Assembly: GCA_965215565.1 (NCBI GenBank)
Contig: CBDCDZ010000004.1
Location: forward strand, 4,224,001 to 4,288,000
DNA length: 64,000 nucleotides
Source: Trueperaceae bacterium
GTDB lineage: Bacteria; Deinococcota; Deinococci; Deinococcales; Trueperaceae
Direction: 5' to 3'
In this document: positions 11,084 through 21,144 of the stretch, one piece after another
Layout of the letters: each line of letters opens with the position of its first letter
Numbering within the stretch: position 1 is the stretch's first letter
The notes under the pieces: generated by a model
What the model saw: only the letters and a program-made list of their open reading frames with translations
Told to the model about the DNA's origin: nothing
Databases searched by the model: none
Position numbers and translations under genes: made by a program

Positions 11084-11269
11084 ATGGATGTAGGCGCGTT
11101 CGCAACGGTTGCGCTCGGTGTGTTGCTTTTCGGGTTGGTCTCGAGGCGCTTGCAGCGGGGCGTCGTCACGCCGCCGATGGCGTTCACGTGCCTCGGTTTG
11201 CTGCTTGGAGCGACGGGGCTGGTCGTGCTCGAGGAAGAGGTTGTACGGGACTCAGCGTCGCCCCACTGA
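11084..11269 (+). pseudogene. N-terminal fragment of a CPA1/NhaP-like cation:proton antiporter
   Basis: MDVGAFATVALGVLLFGLVSRRLQRGVVTPPMAFTCLGLLLG resembles NhaP N-termini; truncated after ~55 aa against the convergent gene. Confidence 0.6.
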
Positions 11270-11276
11270 CGTTTGC

Positions 11277-11840
11277 TCAGTCCGCCGCCACCGCCTGGTG
11301 GTCCACCACTTCACCCCGCGCGGGGTAATCCTTTTCCATCACGAAGTCGAGCGCTCCAAGCACCTGCGCGAAGTCGGGTCTGGCGAAGGGCATGGTCTGC
11401 ACTGCGCCGAAGTAAAGCGTTCCGTCAGGGCGAACTAGGTAGAGCGCGGGCTCGCTGAACATGTCGGGCTCGACGACGCCCGTAGAGGTTTTGCCGCGAC
11501 TCGTGGAGATATAGAGACCCCACTCGCGCGCTTTATCCAAATCTAAGTCATATGCCACGGTGAGGTTGTCGAGCTTCCACTGCGCTCTACTCTTCTCGGC
11601 GCGCTCTTGCACGTCGCTGCTCGCCACGATGACGTTCACGCCGCGCTTAGCGAACTCGTCCGCTTTGCTGTTCAGGTCGCGTAGGTATTTCCCGCAGATG
11701 GGGCAGTGTAGCCCCCTATAGAACACGATCATCGTGAAGTTCTCGCCCGCTTGTTCGCTCAGCGTCCAGGTGTCGCCGCTGACGGTGGGCAGGCTAAGGC
11801 TCGGGGTCTGTTGCCTCGGGTAGAGGGGTGTGAGGTCCAT
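11277..11840 (-). CDS. Peroxiredoxin-like (AhpC/TSA/redoxin) protein
   Basis: FYRGLHCPIC, FSEPALYLV and PFARP motifs; AAGGAG RBS. Confidence 0.9.
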   Translation of the reverse strand: MDLTPLYPRQQTPSLSLPTVSGDTWTLSEQAGENFTMIVFYRGLHCPICGKYLRDLNSKADEFAKRGVNVIVASSDVQERAEKSRAQWKLDNLTVAYDLDLDKAREWGLYISTSRGKTSTGVVEPDMFSEPALYLVRPDGTLYFGAVQTMPFARPDFAQVLGALDFVMEKDYPARGEVVDHQAVAAD

Positions 11841-12122
11841 GTCTTTCTCCTTTAGCTGAGGACTTGGGTTTGTCTTACCTTTACGGCTCCAAACTAGCGC
11901 GGAAGGACGTTGGAGGGATGTATCATGTAAAACGAAGCGGCGCTTCGACGTCTATGCGCTAGAGATGCTCGGGCTCGAGCGGAAGAACCGCGTCGCCGAC
12001 AACCTCTTGCTCTCGTCATTCGGTTTTTTCCTGATTTGCTGAAACGCTGACAACCTGACCTGCTGAGCTTTCCATGTCCTTTTGAGCACCACTTCTTCAT
12101 CTCTATTTCTTATGATAGAGGC

Positions 12123-12557
12123 GTGATTAAGAATAGGCGTGCATCATTCGACTACGAACTCCTCGGCTCCTACGAGGCGGGCTTGGCGCTGACGGGCAGT
12201 GAGGTGAAGTCCCTCAGGGCGGGCGGCGCAACCTTGGGCGAGGCGTTCGCCCGCTATAAAAATGGCGAGGTGTGGCTCGAGGGGATGCACATCCCCCCCT
12301 ATAAACAAGCGAGCTATAACAACCACGAGCCCTTGCGCAGCCGCAAGCTCCTCCTTAAAAAACGCGAAATCGCCGAGATTCAAAAGGGCTTGGAGCGCCA
12401 AGGTCTGACGCTCGTCCCGACGCGGCTCTACTTCAAGGACGGCTGGGCAAAGCTGGGTATCGCGCTTGCAAGGGGCAAGAAGCGCTACGACAAACGGCAA
12501 GACCAGGCGAAAAAGGACGCTAAGCGGCAGATCGAGCGGGCGCTCAAAGAGAGGTGA
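12123..12557 (+). CDS. smpB: SsrA-binding protein
   Basis: GLALTGSEVKSLR, RKLLLKKREI and GKKRYDKR motifs; GTG 6 nt after TATGAT. Confidence 0.97.
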   Translation: MIKNRRASFDYELLGSYEAGLALTGSEVKSLRAGGATLGEAFARYKNGEVWLEGMHIPPYKQASYNNHEPLRSRKLLLKKREIAEIQKGLERQGLTLVPTRLYFKDGWAKLGIALARGKKRYDKRQDQAKKDAKRQIERALKER

Positions 12558-13828
12558 CTAGGTGCGTCATTTTCGCACTGCTCGCGCTCAACCTCTTGAC
12601 GGCGAGCGCGGCGCAGCGGCTCGTCGTGAATGGGGTAGACATCGCGGCGTTCACGAACACGCTCGAGCCCGGCACCGCCTACGTCGCCGCCGAGCCCTTC
12701 GCGCGCGCAGTGGGGGCAACCTACCGCTACAGCGGCGAAAGGGTCAACTTCGAGCTGGCGGGACGTTTCGTCACCCTACCGATAAGCGACGGGGCGGGTG
12801 ACGCGCAGCTTCAGGAGGGGACGCCCTTTGTCCCCGTTAAAGAGACTGCGCAGCGGCTCGGCGGCGAGGTGGACTACCTCACGGCGGAGAAGCTGGTGGT
12901 AGTGGTGTTCCCAAGGGCGCAGCTGAGGAGCGTGCGAGCGCCCGACCTCTGGGGCAGCTACGAGCGCTTCGTGTTGCGTTTCAGCGCGCCTGTGGCAATA
13001 GAGGAGCGCTACGAGCCGTCTCTCAGCACGGTGCGCTTCCGCTTCGAGCGCACCGACGTGGCGCAGAAGCAGAACTTCGGCGGCGAGCGCTTCTCCGACG
13101 CGGCGCTCCTGCCGGGTGACGGCTACACGGACTTCACGCTGACGCTCACTCGCGGCAGCACCTACGAGATGTACACCGTGCCCAAGGGCGCGGGGACGGA
13201 AATAGTCGTGGATATCTTTTCGGAGGAAGAGGTTGAGGCGGAGGAAGCGGAAGACGAGCCGCCGCTCGTCATGCTGGACTCGAGCCCGAGCGACGTGGCT
13301 GTCGCCGCCGCCGAGAGGCTGCGCAGCGCCCTCCGGGAGCGCGGCTTAGACGCGCAGTTCACCCGCGCCGGGGGTGTGTCCGCCTCGCTCGACGCCCGCA
13401 CGAGGGCGGGCGTCGGCGCACCTCTTTTCGTCTCCGTCGGAGACGCGCCCTTAGAGGCAAGTCAGTTCAACCTTTACTACTTGGCGGGCGATGTGACAGC
13501 CGGCGGCGCAGGGCTGGACGCGGTCATCCGCCAGAGCGCCGCCGAGGTGAGCCGGGCGAACCCGCGCGAGCCCACCGCGCCGCAGCGTACGCTACAACGT
13601 TTAGCGCCCGACTTATCGCAAGGCGAACGGTACGCGGACGCGCTCAGCGAGCGCTTAGAGGCGCAGGGCTGGCGCGCAGCGCAGATTGGGGGCGCGCCGC
13701 TCTACTTGCTCTCAGGCGCGGCGGGGCGCGGGCTCATGCTCGAGCTTAGCGCTGCTGACCTCGCCTCGGACGCGCTGACGGATACGCTCGCCGACGCGCT
13801 CGAGACGCTGCTCGCAGCAAGTCCATGA
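12554..13828 (+). CDS. Secreted protein with stalk/AMIN-like N-terminus and a degenerate Amidase_3-like C-terminal domain
   Basis: Signal peptide; C-terminal VMLD...L..RG...FTR...SLDAR...FVSV...LMLEL pattern without the Zn-binding His residues. Confidence 0.65.
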   Translation: MTRCVIFALLALNLLTASAAQRLVVNGVDIAAFTNTLEPGTAYVAAEPFARAVGATYRYSGERVNFELAGRFVTLPISDGAGDAQLQEGTPFVPVKETAQRLGGEVDYLTAEKLVVVVFPRAQLRSVRAPDLWGSYERFVLRFSAPVAIEERYEPSLSTVRFRFERTDVAQKQNFGGERFSDAALLPGDGYTDFTLTLTRGSTYEMYTVPKGAGTEIVVDIFSEEEVEAEEAEDEPPLVMLDSSPSDVAVAAAERLRSALRERGLDAQFTRAGGVSASLDARTRAGVGAPLFVSVGDAPLEASQFNLYYLAGDVTAGGAGLDAVIRQSAAEVSRANPREPTAPQRTLQRLAPDLSQGERYADALSERLEAQGWRAAQIGGAPLYLLSGAAGRGLMLELSAADLASDALTDTLADALETLLAASP

Positions 13829-13903
13829 GTTATTGCGCCACATCTGAGGGCGTCCATTTCTATTCGCGTCCGTTTCCATTTGAGGCTGCGCCAACAGCCT
13901 CGG

Positions 13904-14437
13904 ATGAAAACGCTATCGGGTAACGTGTTTGCCGACGCCTTTACAACGCGCGCCACGCTGCCGACGCTCCTGGGCATCCTCGTCCTAATTTTAGGGCTCT
14001 ACGCCTTCTTCAGCGGACCTGCCGGTGATTCCGATTCGTCTCCTGACATTGTGACGACACCCGTCACGCAAGTCGGGCGCGTAGTGACGCTTGTGAACGC
14101 GGCGACAGGGGAGACGCGCACCGTGAGCGTACAGACACCGGACACGCCGAACGTTGTTCTAAAAGCTACCCTCGCTGAACTGCGCGCCTGGCTCAGCCCC
14201 GCCCTCTGGGTGGAACCGCTCGGTGCACCCACCGTGTTTCGCTTAGGGGAGCGAGCAGTCCTAGATTTTCCCCTGGAAGGCTCGCCTAACATCTCCGTGG
14301 GGAGAGAGCAGCAGCTTCTGACCTCCATTGAGCAGACCCTAGCGGAGCAGGACATCTCAGAAATGATCATTCTCACGAACGGGGAGAGCCGCCCGGTGTT
14401 TTTAGAGCACTTGGCGGTAGAGAGTAGACTCGAGTGA
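13904..14437 (+). CDS. GerMN-domain membrane-anchored protein
   Basis: N-terminal TM; AVLDF...EQQLLTSIEQTL...IILTNG...FLEHL pattern. Confidence 0.7.
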   Translation: MKTLSGNVFADAFTTRATLPTLLGILVLILGLYAFFSGPAGDSDSSPDIVTTPVTQVGRVVTLVNAATGETRTVSVQTPDTPNVVLKATLAELRAWLSPALWVEPLGAPTVFRLGERAVLDFPLEGSPNISVGREQQLLTSIEQTLAEQDISEMIILTNGESRPVFLEHLAVESRLE

Positions 14438-14438
14438 G

Positions 14439-14834
14439 CTAGCCTCCTCGTGCTATCAAAAACTGAATGGCTGCGAGCATCACGCCCACTGCTCCGATTG
14501 CACCCAAGATGACCGTCTGTGAGTGGCTGATTTTGCTCTTTAGGTCATTTCTGAATGTTTCGATCTTGTCATCGAGCTTGCCCATATCAGCACTGACATC
14601 GCTTTTAAGTTCACTCATATCGCCGCGCAGGTTCGTCTCGAGCGCCTCAATTTTGCGGTTCTGCTCGCTAAGGAGGTGCTGCGTCGAGGAGGCTATGGTT
14701 TGAATCGCCGCCGTATTCGCCTCAATAAACTTTTTTAAGTTTTCAAAGCGTTCACCGCGCTCGAGGACCTGTACGCTGCGTTTAAGGTCGTCCACCTCAT
14801 TCCTGAGCGCTTGATAGTCGGGATAGTCTGACAT
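14439..14834 (-). CDS. Coiled-coil protein with C-terminal TM anchor (DUF1640/CCDC90-like)
   Basis: Heptad-rich LRGDMSELKSDV...; C-terminal hydrophobic helix; AAGGAG RBS and TATAAT upstream. Confidence 0.65.
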   Translation of the reverse strand: MSDYPDYQALRNEVDDLKRSVQVLERGERFENLKKFIEANTAAIQTIASSTQHLLSEQNRKIEALETNLRGDMSELKSDVSADMGKLDDKIETFRNDLKSKISHSQTVILGAIGAVGVMLAAIQFLIARGG

Positions 14835-14856
14835 CGTTTCTCCTTGAACGATTATA

Positions 14857-14932
14857 GCAAGTATCATTTGGTTTGAGCCAGTCTCACGTTAGAGAACACC
14901 GATGAACACGCACATTCTTAAATGATGCTTGC
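14857..14932 (-). repeat. Family A element, copy 4 (reverse orientation)
   Basis: Reverse complement GCAAGCATCATTT...TGGCTCAAACCAAATGATACTTGC; 28 nt including the flank are identical to 42123-42150. Confidence 0.85.
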
Positions 14933-15079
14933 GCTATTCCAATTCAGTACTTCTGTGAACTGCTTTATAGCGCGTCGAAGCGTGGACGCTGCCGAGGTGT
15001 CCGCACGACAAAACGCAGTTGCCGATGAGATTCCGCTAGCAGAGCGCGTTGTAGCAGCGCATTTGCGAGGTTGGGTCAC

Positions 15080-15157
15080 GTAGGCATCATCTTTGTAACG
15101 TGCGAGTCAAGGGATGTTCTCTAAAATGAGTGCGTTTTCATATAGATGAAATCCTGC
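15080..15157 (+). repeat. Family A element, copy 5 (degenerate)
   Basis: GTAGGCATCATCT...AACGTGCGAGTC...AGATGAAATCCTGC; shares the GAGGTTGnGTCAC left flank with copy 6. Confidence 0.72.
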
Positions 15158-15211
15158 TAGCCTCACGGCTGAGACCTACTGATGGTCTTGCCTTTGGTGA
15201 GGTTGTGTCAC

Positions 15212-15287
15212 GCAGGTATCATCTATAAATGTGCGAGTTAGGGAATGTTTTCCAAAGTGAGCGCGTCCGTGACCAGATGCTACCTGC
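15212..15287 (+). repeat. Family A element, copy 6 (end overlaps the asnS stop)
   Basis: GCAGGTATCATCT...AGATGCTACCTGC, 76 bp. Confidence 0.85.
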
Positions 15288-16585
15288 TATGGATACATCC
15301 TCGTCAACATCCTCGGAAAAGGAATCACCTCTCGTAAATGGCTCACGCCCGTAATCCACGCTAAGGTCCGCTCCAAGCCCATCCCGAAGCCCGAATGCGG
15401 CACGCTGCCGTACTTACGCAAGTCCAAGTACCACGCGAACGCCTCCAAAGGAAGCCCGTGCTCCTCGATGCGCCCTTTCAAGAGGTCGTAGTCGTGGATG
15501 CGCTCGGAGCCGCCGATGAGTTCGCCGTAGCCCTCGGGCGCGATGAGGTCGTCGCACTTGACGCGGGTCGGGTCGCCGTCTAAGGGTTCCATGTAGAAGG
15601 CTTTCGTTTTAGTCGGCCAAGAATGCACGAAGACGGGGCGGTCAAAAGCGTCGCCTAAGATGGTCTCGTGCGGCGCGCCGAAGTCTTCGCCCCAAGCGAG
15701 TGTCTCGCCTTTGTCCTCGAGAATCTCCAAAGCTTCATCGTACGTCACCCTCGGAAAGCCGCCCTTCGCCGTCGCCTCTAAAACCGTCGTGTCGCGCTCC
15801 AACATCTCAAGCTCCGCCCTGCGGTTCTCCAGCACGCGCCCCACCAGATATGAAACGAAGTCCTCTTGCAGCGCTATGTTACCTTCGTGCTCCAAGTGCG
15901 CGACTTCGGGCTCCACCATCCAAAACTCCAAGAGGTGTTTTCTCGTCTTGGACTTCTCGGCGCGAAAGGTAGGACCAAAGGTGTAGACCTTGCCGAGTGC
16001 CAACGCGCCCGCTTCCGCGTAAAGCTGCCCCGACTGAGAGAGGTACGCCGTGTTCTCGCCGAAGAGGTCGATTTCGAAGAGGTTGGTGGTGCCTTCGACG
16101 GCGGTGGGCATGAAAAAGGGGGTGTCGAAGCGGATGAAGTCTCGCTCGTGAAAGAAGTCGTGGACGGCCCGCTCGAGTTCGTCCCTCACCCTCAAGATTG
16201 CCCAAGGTCGTTTGTGCCGCAAGTAGAGGTGGCGGCGGTCCATCAGGAATTCGACGCCGTGCTCTTTAGGCGTAATCGGGTACTCGTCGTCATTTTGGGC
16301 GGTGATTTGCAAATCCGTCACACCGAGTTCGACGCCTAAAGGGGAGCGCGTATCCTCGCGCACTTCGCCCGTGACCTCTACGCTCTGCTCCTGTACAAGA
16401 TCTTTTGACAGTGCAAAGACCTCTTCGGATACGTCCGCCTTGACGACGACGCCCTGCACGAAGCCCGAGCCGTCGCGAAGTTGCAAAAAAGCGATTTTGC
16501 CGCTGCTGCGCGAGTTGGTGAGCCAGCCTCTAACAGTGACGCTCTCGCCGATGTGATTTTTGAGTTGATTGATGGAGACGTTCAT
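15287..16585 (-). CDS. asnS: Asparagine--tRNA ligase
   Basis: OB-fold [39 protein letters not shown] and GFGMGLER motifs. Confidence 0.96.
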   Translation of the reverse strand: MNVSINQLKNHIGESVTVRGWLTNSRSSGKIAFLQLRDGSGFVQGVVVKADVSEEVFALSKDLVQEQSVEVTGEVREDTRSPLGVELGVTDLQITAQNDDEYPITPKEHGVEFLMDRRHLYLRHKRPWAILRVRDELERAVHDFFHERDFIRFDTPFFMPTAVEGTTNLFEIDLFGENTAYLSQSGQLYAEAGALALGKVYTFGPTFRAEKSKTRKHLLEFWMVEPEVAHLEHEGNIALQEDFVSYLVGRVLENRRAELEMLERDTTVLEATAKGGFPRVTYDEALEILEDKGETLAWGEDFGAPHETILGDAFDRPVFVHSWPTKTKAFYMEPLDGDPTRVKCDDLIAPEGYGELIGGSERIHDYDLLKGRIEEHGLPLEAFAWYLDLRKYGSVPHSGFGMGLERTLAWITGVSHLREVIPFPRMLTRMYP

Positions 16586-16627
16586 AGAGGAAAGTGTAAC
16601 AAGTGGAGACGCGGATTTGGTATTTCG

Positions 16628-17203
16628 CTAGAGTTCCCAAGTGGAGCTGTAAGTTCGGTCCGCTAGAAGTGCGCAAAGCTCGACTAGAACGGACATGCTT
16701 TTATCAATACGTTGTTTTTTCTCCTCGAGCAATGTGCCGTCCTGCCAGTGACGGTTATGCGCGTAGATGTGGTAAGGATTGATAATGCACTTGAAGTCGA
16801 GTATGAGCGACGTCGCCATCTCCCTGAACGCAGTGTAGCTGTGAGGCAAGCCGCCCGCACTGACAAACGTAATGACCTTGTCGAAGAGCGCACCTTCGAA
16901 TGATCCACCAGGAGGGGTAGAGCCGATGTACTCAACGTACTTTTTAAGCTCGGCGCTCATCCCCCAATTGTAGACCGGACTGCATAAGACGATACCGTCG
17001 CTTTCGCTCGTCGCGCGGTGAAGCTGACGGTAAACTTCGGTCTTATAAATTGTGCTGTTGTCGAAGTTGGGTATATCGAGGTGCGATAAATCCACAAACA
17101 CGGTCTTTATACCTCTCTCTTCGAGTACCTTCTGACACGCTCTTCCGAGTTCGCGACTGCGGCTTTCCTCGTCTAAACTGCTGCTCAGGACTAAAATTTG
17201 CAT
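16628..17203 (-). CDS. NADPH-dependent FMN reductase (SsuE/flavodoxin-like)
   Basis: SSSLDEESRS FMN loop and SPVYNWG motif; visibly lower GC than neighbours. Confidence 0.85.
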   Translation of the reverse strand: MQILVLSSSLDEESRSRELGRACQKVLEERGIKTVFVDLSHLDIPNFDNSTIYKTEVYRQLHRATSESDGIVLCSPVYNWGMSAELKKYVEYIGSTPPGGSFEGALFDKVITFVSAGGLPHSYTAFREMATSLILDFKCIINPYHIYAHNRHWQDGTLLEEKKQRIDKSMSVLVELCALLADRTYSSTWEL

Positions 17204-17353
17204 AGGCTAAATAAGCTCCAGTATCGCTAAACTTCATCAGCGAAAGCAGCGAGGTCATCTTCTGTAGCGAACCGAACATTAACCATAAACGACTCTATTT
17301 TAAGCCGATTACTATAGGTTTAGCACTTCCAGAACTTACTGAGACAGATTGCC

Positions 17354-17429
17354 GCAGATATCATCTCTGAAAGTGGGTGCTCATCAATGCTTTCTACAGT
17401 GAGAGTGTCTCAAACCAGATGATACCTGC
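17354..17429 (+). repeat. Family A element, copy 7
   Basis: GCAGATATCATCT...CTCAAACCAGATGATACCTGC|TA, 76 bp. Confidence 0.85.
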
Positions 17430-17879
17430 TAGTTTACGTGCCGTACCCCGAGCCTGCTAAACTTTCGGTAAAACATGGGGTCTTGCTCGCGCGAGGCTTC
17501 ACGCAACGCTTCAAAGCTAGCTTTTTCCTCCTCGAGATAAGCGTCAACCTCTTCTTAATGCGCTAAGTAGCGCGCGGTTGCGTCGTAGACCTCTTCAAGT
17601 ATCGGAACCGGAAAGGATTGCGCGACGCTTTCTGCGCTCTACCTTTGCTAGTAGACGTAGACGGTGGAGTTGAGCGAGACTCGAGTACCGACGAGTCGGT
17701 AGGTGCTGCTCACCTTTTCCGCATGAATACTGTTCTCTTGTAAAGAATACCTCAACTGCGCCGCCCTTACGCTGAAAGTTGCCGTTCAACTCGTACTTAG
17801 CGCCTGCCGGGAATCCAGGAACTTAACCGAGTAATGTCTCGCAACCCCACCTCACCGTTCTCTTTGCTACAATAGCAGC

Positions 17880-20099
17880 GTGAAAGTACTCCAGGGAATC
17901 TTCCTCGTCATCTTGAGCGTCGTTTTGGCTGTCGCGGCGCTCCTCACCGCCTCGGCGTTTAAGTGGGCGGAGGAGCTGCCGTCTATCGAAGAGGTCGAGA
18001 GCCTCAAGTTCACCGCCACCTCGCAGATTTTCGCCGCCAACGGTGAGCCTATCGGGGCTATTCTGCCCTACATCGGTGAAGACCGGGAGCTGACCAACCG
18101 CGTGAACGTGGCCTTGGACGAGGTCTCACCGGCGGTCATCTGGGCGGTCGTCGCTTCGGAAGATGACCAGTTCTTCGAGCACTACGGCTTCGACATTCCG
18201 GGCATCGCCAAGGCGACGTACCTAGAGTTCTTGGGCGACGGCGGGCGCGGTGGCTCGACGATTACGACGCAGGTCATCAAGAACACGCTGCTCAGAGGGA
18301 TGTCGGACGAGCGCTCGCTGGAGCGCAAAGCGAAAGAGATCATGCTGGCAACCGAATTAGAGCGCCGCTTAACCAAGCCCGAAATTTTGCAGCAGTACCT
18401 CAACTTGGTCTATTGGGGCGGCAACCTCTACGGCGTACACGCCGCCGCAAAAGCCTACTTCGACAAGGACCCTATCGAACTCAACCTAGCCGAGTCGCTC
18501 TACTTGGCGCGGCTCATCCCGACGCCCTCGGCGAACTACAGCGACTTCACCGCGACGAGGCGCGCGATGCGCGTCGTGCTCGACACTATGATTGAGCAGG
18601 GCGTCGTGAGCCGCGAGATTGCGGACCAGGCGTGGCGCTACCCCTTGGAGCCGACGGGCTGGCGCGTCGAATACGACGAGGTGGGTAACATCGTGGGTGA
18701 GCCGACGCGCACCGATGCGCAGCCGCGCATCGCCCGGAGCGTCTCGTCGAATTTGAACCCCTACGTCGCCTACGCCGTGCGCAACGAGACCTCGCAGCTT
18801 TTAGGGCAAAACCGGCTCTTCGGCGCGGGCGGGCTCAAGATTTACACCACCATCGACGTGCAGAAGCAGGAGGCGGCGAACCAGACCGCCGCAGACCCCA
18901 AAGGTAACCTGCCCCCCGGCGCGGAACTCGCTATCGTCAGCGTGGAGCCCTCCACTGGGCGCATCCTGGCGATGGTGGGCGGCACGCCGCAAAGCTCGGG
19001 CGACGACACCTTCAACCGCGCCACCGACGCGCGGCGTCAGCCGGGCAGCTCGTTTAAGCCGATCATCGTCGCCACCGCTATCGAGCAGGGTAACTATACG
19101 CAAGCGAGCGTCATCAGCGACGAAAAGACAGTCTTCAAGCAGCGCGGACGCCCCGACTGGGAGCCGAAAAACCACGACGACAAGTTTTTGGGCGTGAAAA
19201 CGTTGCGCTACCACCTCGACGTGTCGCGCAACATCCCTATAGCCAAACTCGTCGAGGCGGTCACGCCCGAAGAGGTCGTGGCGCGCGCCACCGAACTCGG
19301 CTACGAAAATTTGAAGCCCTATCCGTCTATTGCCCTGGGCTCCTTTGAAGTGACGCCGCTTCAGCACACGAGCGCGATCAGCGCCTTTGCGAACGGCGGC
19401 GTTCACGTCGAGCCACACCTCATCGCCAAAGTCACAGACGCCGAGGACAACGTGCTCTATGAGGCGGAGCCGCGCGAGGCGCGCGTCTGGAGCGAAGAGA
19501 CCGCCTACCTCATGCTCGACATGCTGCGCGGCAACGTGACAGACACCGCCCCCTACGGCTTCTCTAACCGCGCCACCATTGACGGACGCTGGGTAGGTGG
19601 TAAGACCGGCACCACGAACAGTGACCGCGACATCTGGTTTGTCGGCACTACGCCGGAGATGACCACGGCGGTGTGGATAGGGTACGACGACAACCGGAGC
19701 TTGGCTAAAGAGATGCCGGACGGCGAGAGCCTCAACAGCTCGCGTCAACCCGTACGCTTGTGGCAGTCCTACACGCAAGCCGCCCTCACGGGCACGCCCG
19801 CAGGGTCCTTTACGCCGCCCGAAAATGTCGTCTTTAGAAACATCAACTTAGCGACGGGTACCCCTTCGCCTAGCGGTACGCGCGTCGCCTTTGTGGAGAA
19901 CGCCCAACCAGGAGCGCGGGCGCAGCGCATCGGCAACCCCATCACCATCACCATCCCCGTAGACCGCCGCACCGAGACCCGCGCGAATGAGACCACGCCG
20001 CGTGACTTCATCTACTGGAAAGAGATTTCGCCTTCTGAGATCGAGCAGTACACGCAGCCTGCGCCCACCTCGAGCGACGATCTAGGTCAGACGCCGTAA
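17880..20099 (+). CDS. Class A penicillin-binding protein (transglycosylase-transpeptidase, PBP1A-like)
   Basis: SEDDQF, GGSTITTQ, RKAKE; SSFK, SRN and KTGT motifs; GTG 6 nt after TACAAT. Confidence 0.95.
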   Translation: MKVLQGIFLVILSVVLAVAALLTASAFKWAEELPSIEEVESLKFTATSQIFAANGEPIGAILPYIGEDRELTNRVNVALDEVSPAVIWAVVASEDDQFFEHYGFDIPGIAKATYLEFLGDGGRGGSTITTQVIKNTLLRGMSDERSLERKAKEIMLATELERRLTKPEILQQYLNLVYWGGNLYGVHAAAKAYFDKDPIELNLAESLYLARLIPTPSANYSDFTATRRAMRVVLDTMIEQGVVSREIADQAWRYPLEPTGWRVEYDEVGNIVGEPTRTDAQPRIARSVSSNLNPYVAYAVRNETSQLLGQNRLFGAGGLKIYTTIDVQKQEAANQTAADPKGNLPPGAELAIVSVEPSTGRILAMVGGTPQSSGDDTFNRATDARRQPGSSFKPIIVATAIEQGNYTQASVISDEKTVFKQRGRPDWEPKNHDDKFLGVKTLRYHLDVSRNIPIAKLVEAVTPEEVVARATELGYENLKPYPSIALGSFEVTPLQHTSAISAFANGGVHVEPHLIAKVTDAEDNVLYEAEPREARVWSEETAYLMLDMLRGNVTDTAPYGFSNRATIDGRWVGGKTGTTNSDRDIWFVGTTPEMTTAVWIGYDDNRSLAKEMPDGESLNSSRQPVRLWQSYTQAALTGTPAGSFTPPENVVFRNINLATGTPSPSGTRVAFVENAQPGARAQRIGNPITITIPVDRRTETRANETTPRDFIYWKEISPSEIEQYTQPAPTSSDDLGQTP

Positions 20100-20109
20100 G
20101 ACTGTAAGT

Positions 20110-21057
20110 TTGAGCGTGAATGAAACCCTCACCGCCGTACCCGGCTTGCGCGTCGGGCACTGGTCCGACGAGGTGGCGGCGACGGGCTGCACCGTCGTCC
20201 TCTGCCCGGACGAGGGCTGCGTCGCCTCGGGCGAGGTCTTAGGGAGCGCGCCAGGCTCGCGCGAGACCGCCCTGCTAGCGCCGGAGAAGAGCGCCATGCG
20301 CATTCACGCGGTGACGCTGGCGGGCGGCAGCGCCTTCGGCTTGGCAGCGGCGGACGGCGTGACGCGGTGGTTGGCTGAGCGAGGGGTAGGCTACGAAACC
20401 CCTTTCGCGAACGTGCCGCTCGTGCCGTCCGCTGTTATCTACGATCTCGGCGTGGGCGACGCTTCGGTGCGCCCGAGTGCGGAGGCGGGCTACCGCGCCG
20501 CGCAAGCGGCGAGCGACGCGCCCGTGCCGCTCGGACGAGCCGGCGTCGGCGTGGGCGCGACGTGCGGCAAGTACCTGGGCTTTGAAGGGGCGGAGTTTGG
20601 CGGCCTGGGCAGCGCGGCGGTGCGCGTCGGCGGCGCGACCGTCGCCGCGCTCAGCGTGTCGAACCCGGTAGGCGATATCGTGGACCCCGACACGGGCGAG
20701 GTGGTGGCGGGCGCGCGGTTAGAGGGGGGCTCGAGACCTGTCCCAGCGAAGCGGTTGGAGAATTTCTCGAGCGCTCTCCTCGGCACCAACACCACCCTCG
20801 TCGTCGTCGCCACAGACGCGCCCATCAGCAAAGCGAACGCCAAAGCCCTCGCGCAGAGCGCCCACATCGGTATCGCGCGCGTCACTCGTCCCTCACACAC
20901 CGTTCACGACGGCGACGCAGCTTTCGCGCTCAGCACCGGGGCGGGACCGCAGGTGCCCCTCATGCTCCTCTCCGTCGCCGTGCAAGAGGTCGTGGCGGCG
21001 TCTATCTTGGCTGGGGTGGAAGCGGTGAACAGTGAGTCAGAATTCAGAAAGAAGTAA
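20110..21057 (+). CDS. P1/S58 family peptidase (DmpA-like)
   Basis: GLRVGH, APGSRET, GGSAFGL, NTTL and HTVHDGD motifs. Confidence 0.92.
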   Translation: MSVNETLTAVPGLRVGHWSDEVAATGCTVVLCPDEGCVASGEVLGSAPGSRETALLAPEKSAMRIHAVTLAGGSAFGLAAADGVTRWLAERGVGYETPFANVPLVPSAVIYDLGVGDASVRPSAEAGYRAAQAASDAPVPLGRAGVGVGATCGKYLGFEGAEFGGLGSAAVRVGGATVAALSVSNPVGDIVDPDTGEVVAGARLEGGSRPVPAKRLENFSSALLGTNTTLVVVATDAPISKANAKALAQSAHIGIARVTRPSHTVHDGDAAFALSTGAGPQVPLMLLSVAVQEVVAASILAGVEAVNSESEFRKK

Positions 21058-21144
21058 GAATCAGGGAGCAAGGAAGGACGAGGCTCGTCCCTCCTGTCGC
21101 CCTCCCACTTCCTCTTCAAGCTTATTTTGTGCCAAGATAGCGCT

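Noticed and set aside
11850..12120. tmRNA next to smpB
   Set aside because: No GGGG...TCCACCA tRNA-like ends or tag reading frame seen
17430..17870. Possible riboswitch or ncRNA between the FMN reductase and the PBP
   Set aside because: Some local stems (GTTGAG/CTCAAC) but no family consensus I can identify; needs an Rfam scan
18801..19778. Long antisense ORF (325 aa) and many similar shadow ORFs
   Set aside because: They lie opposite well-supported genes; expected from high-GC codon bias; no motifs
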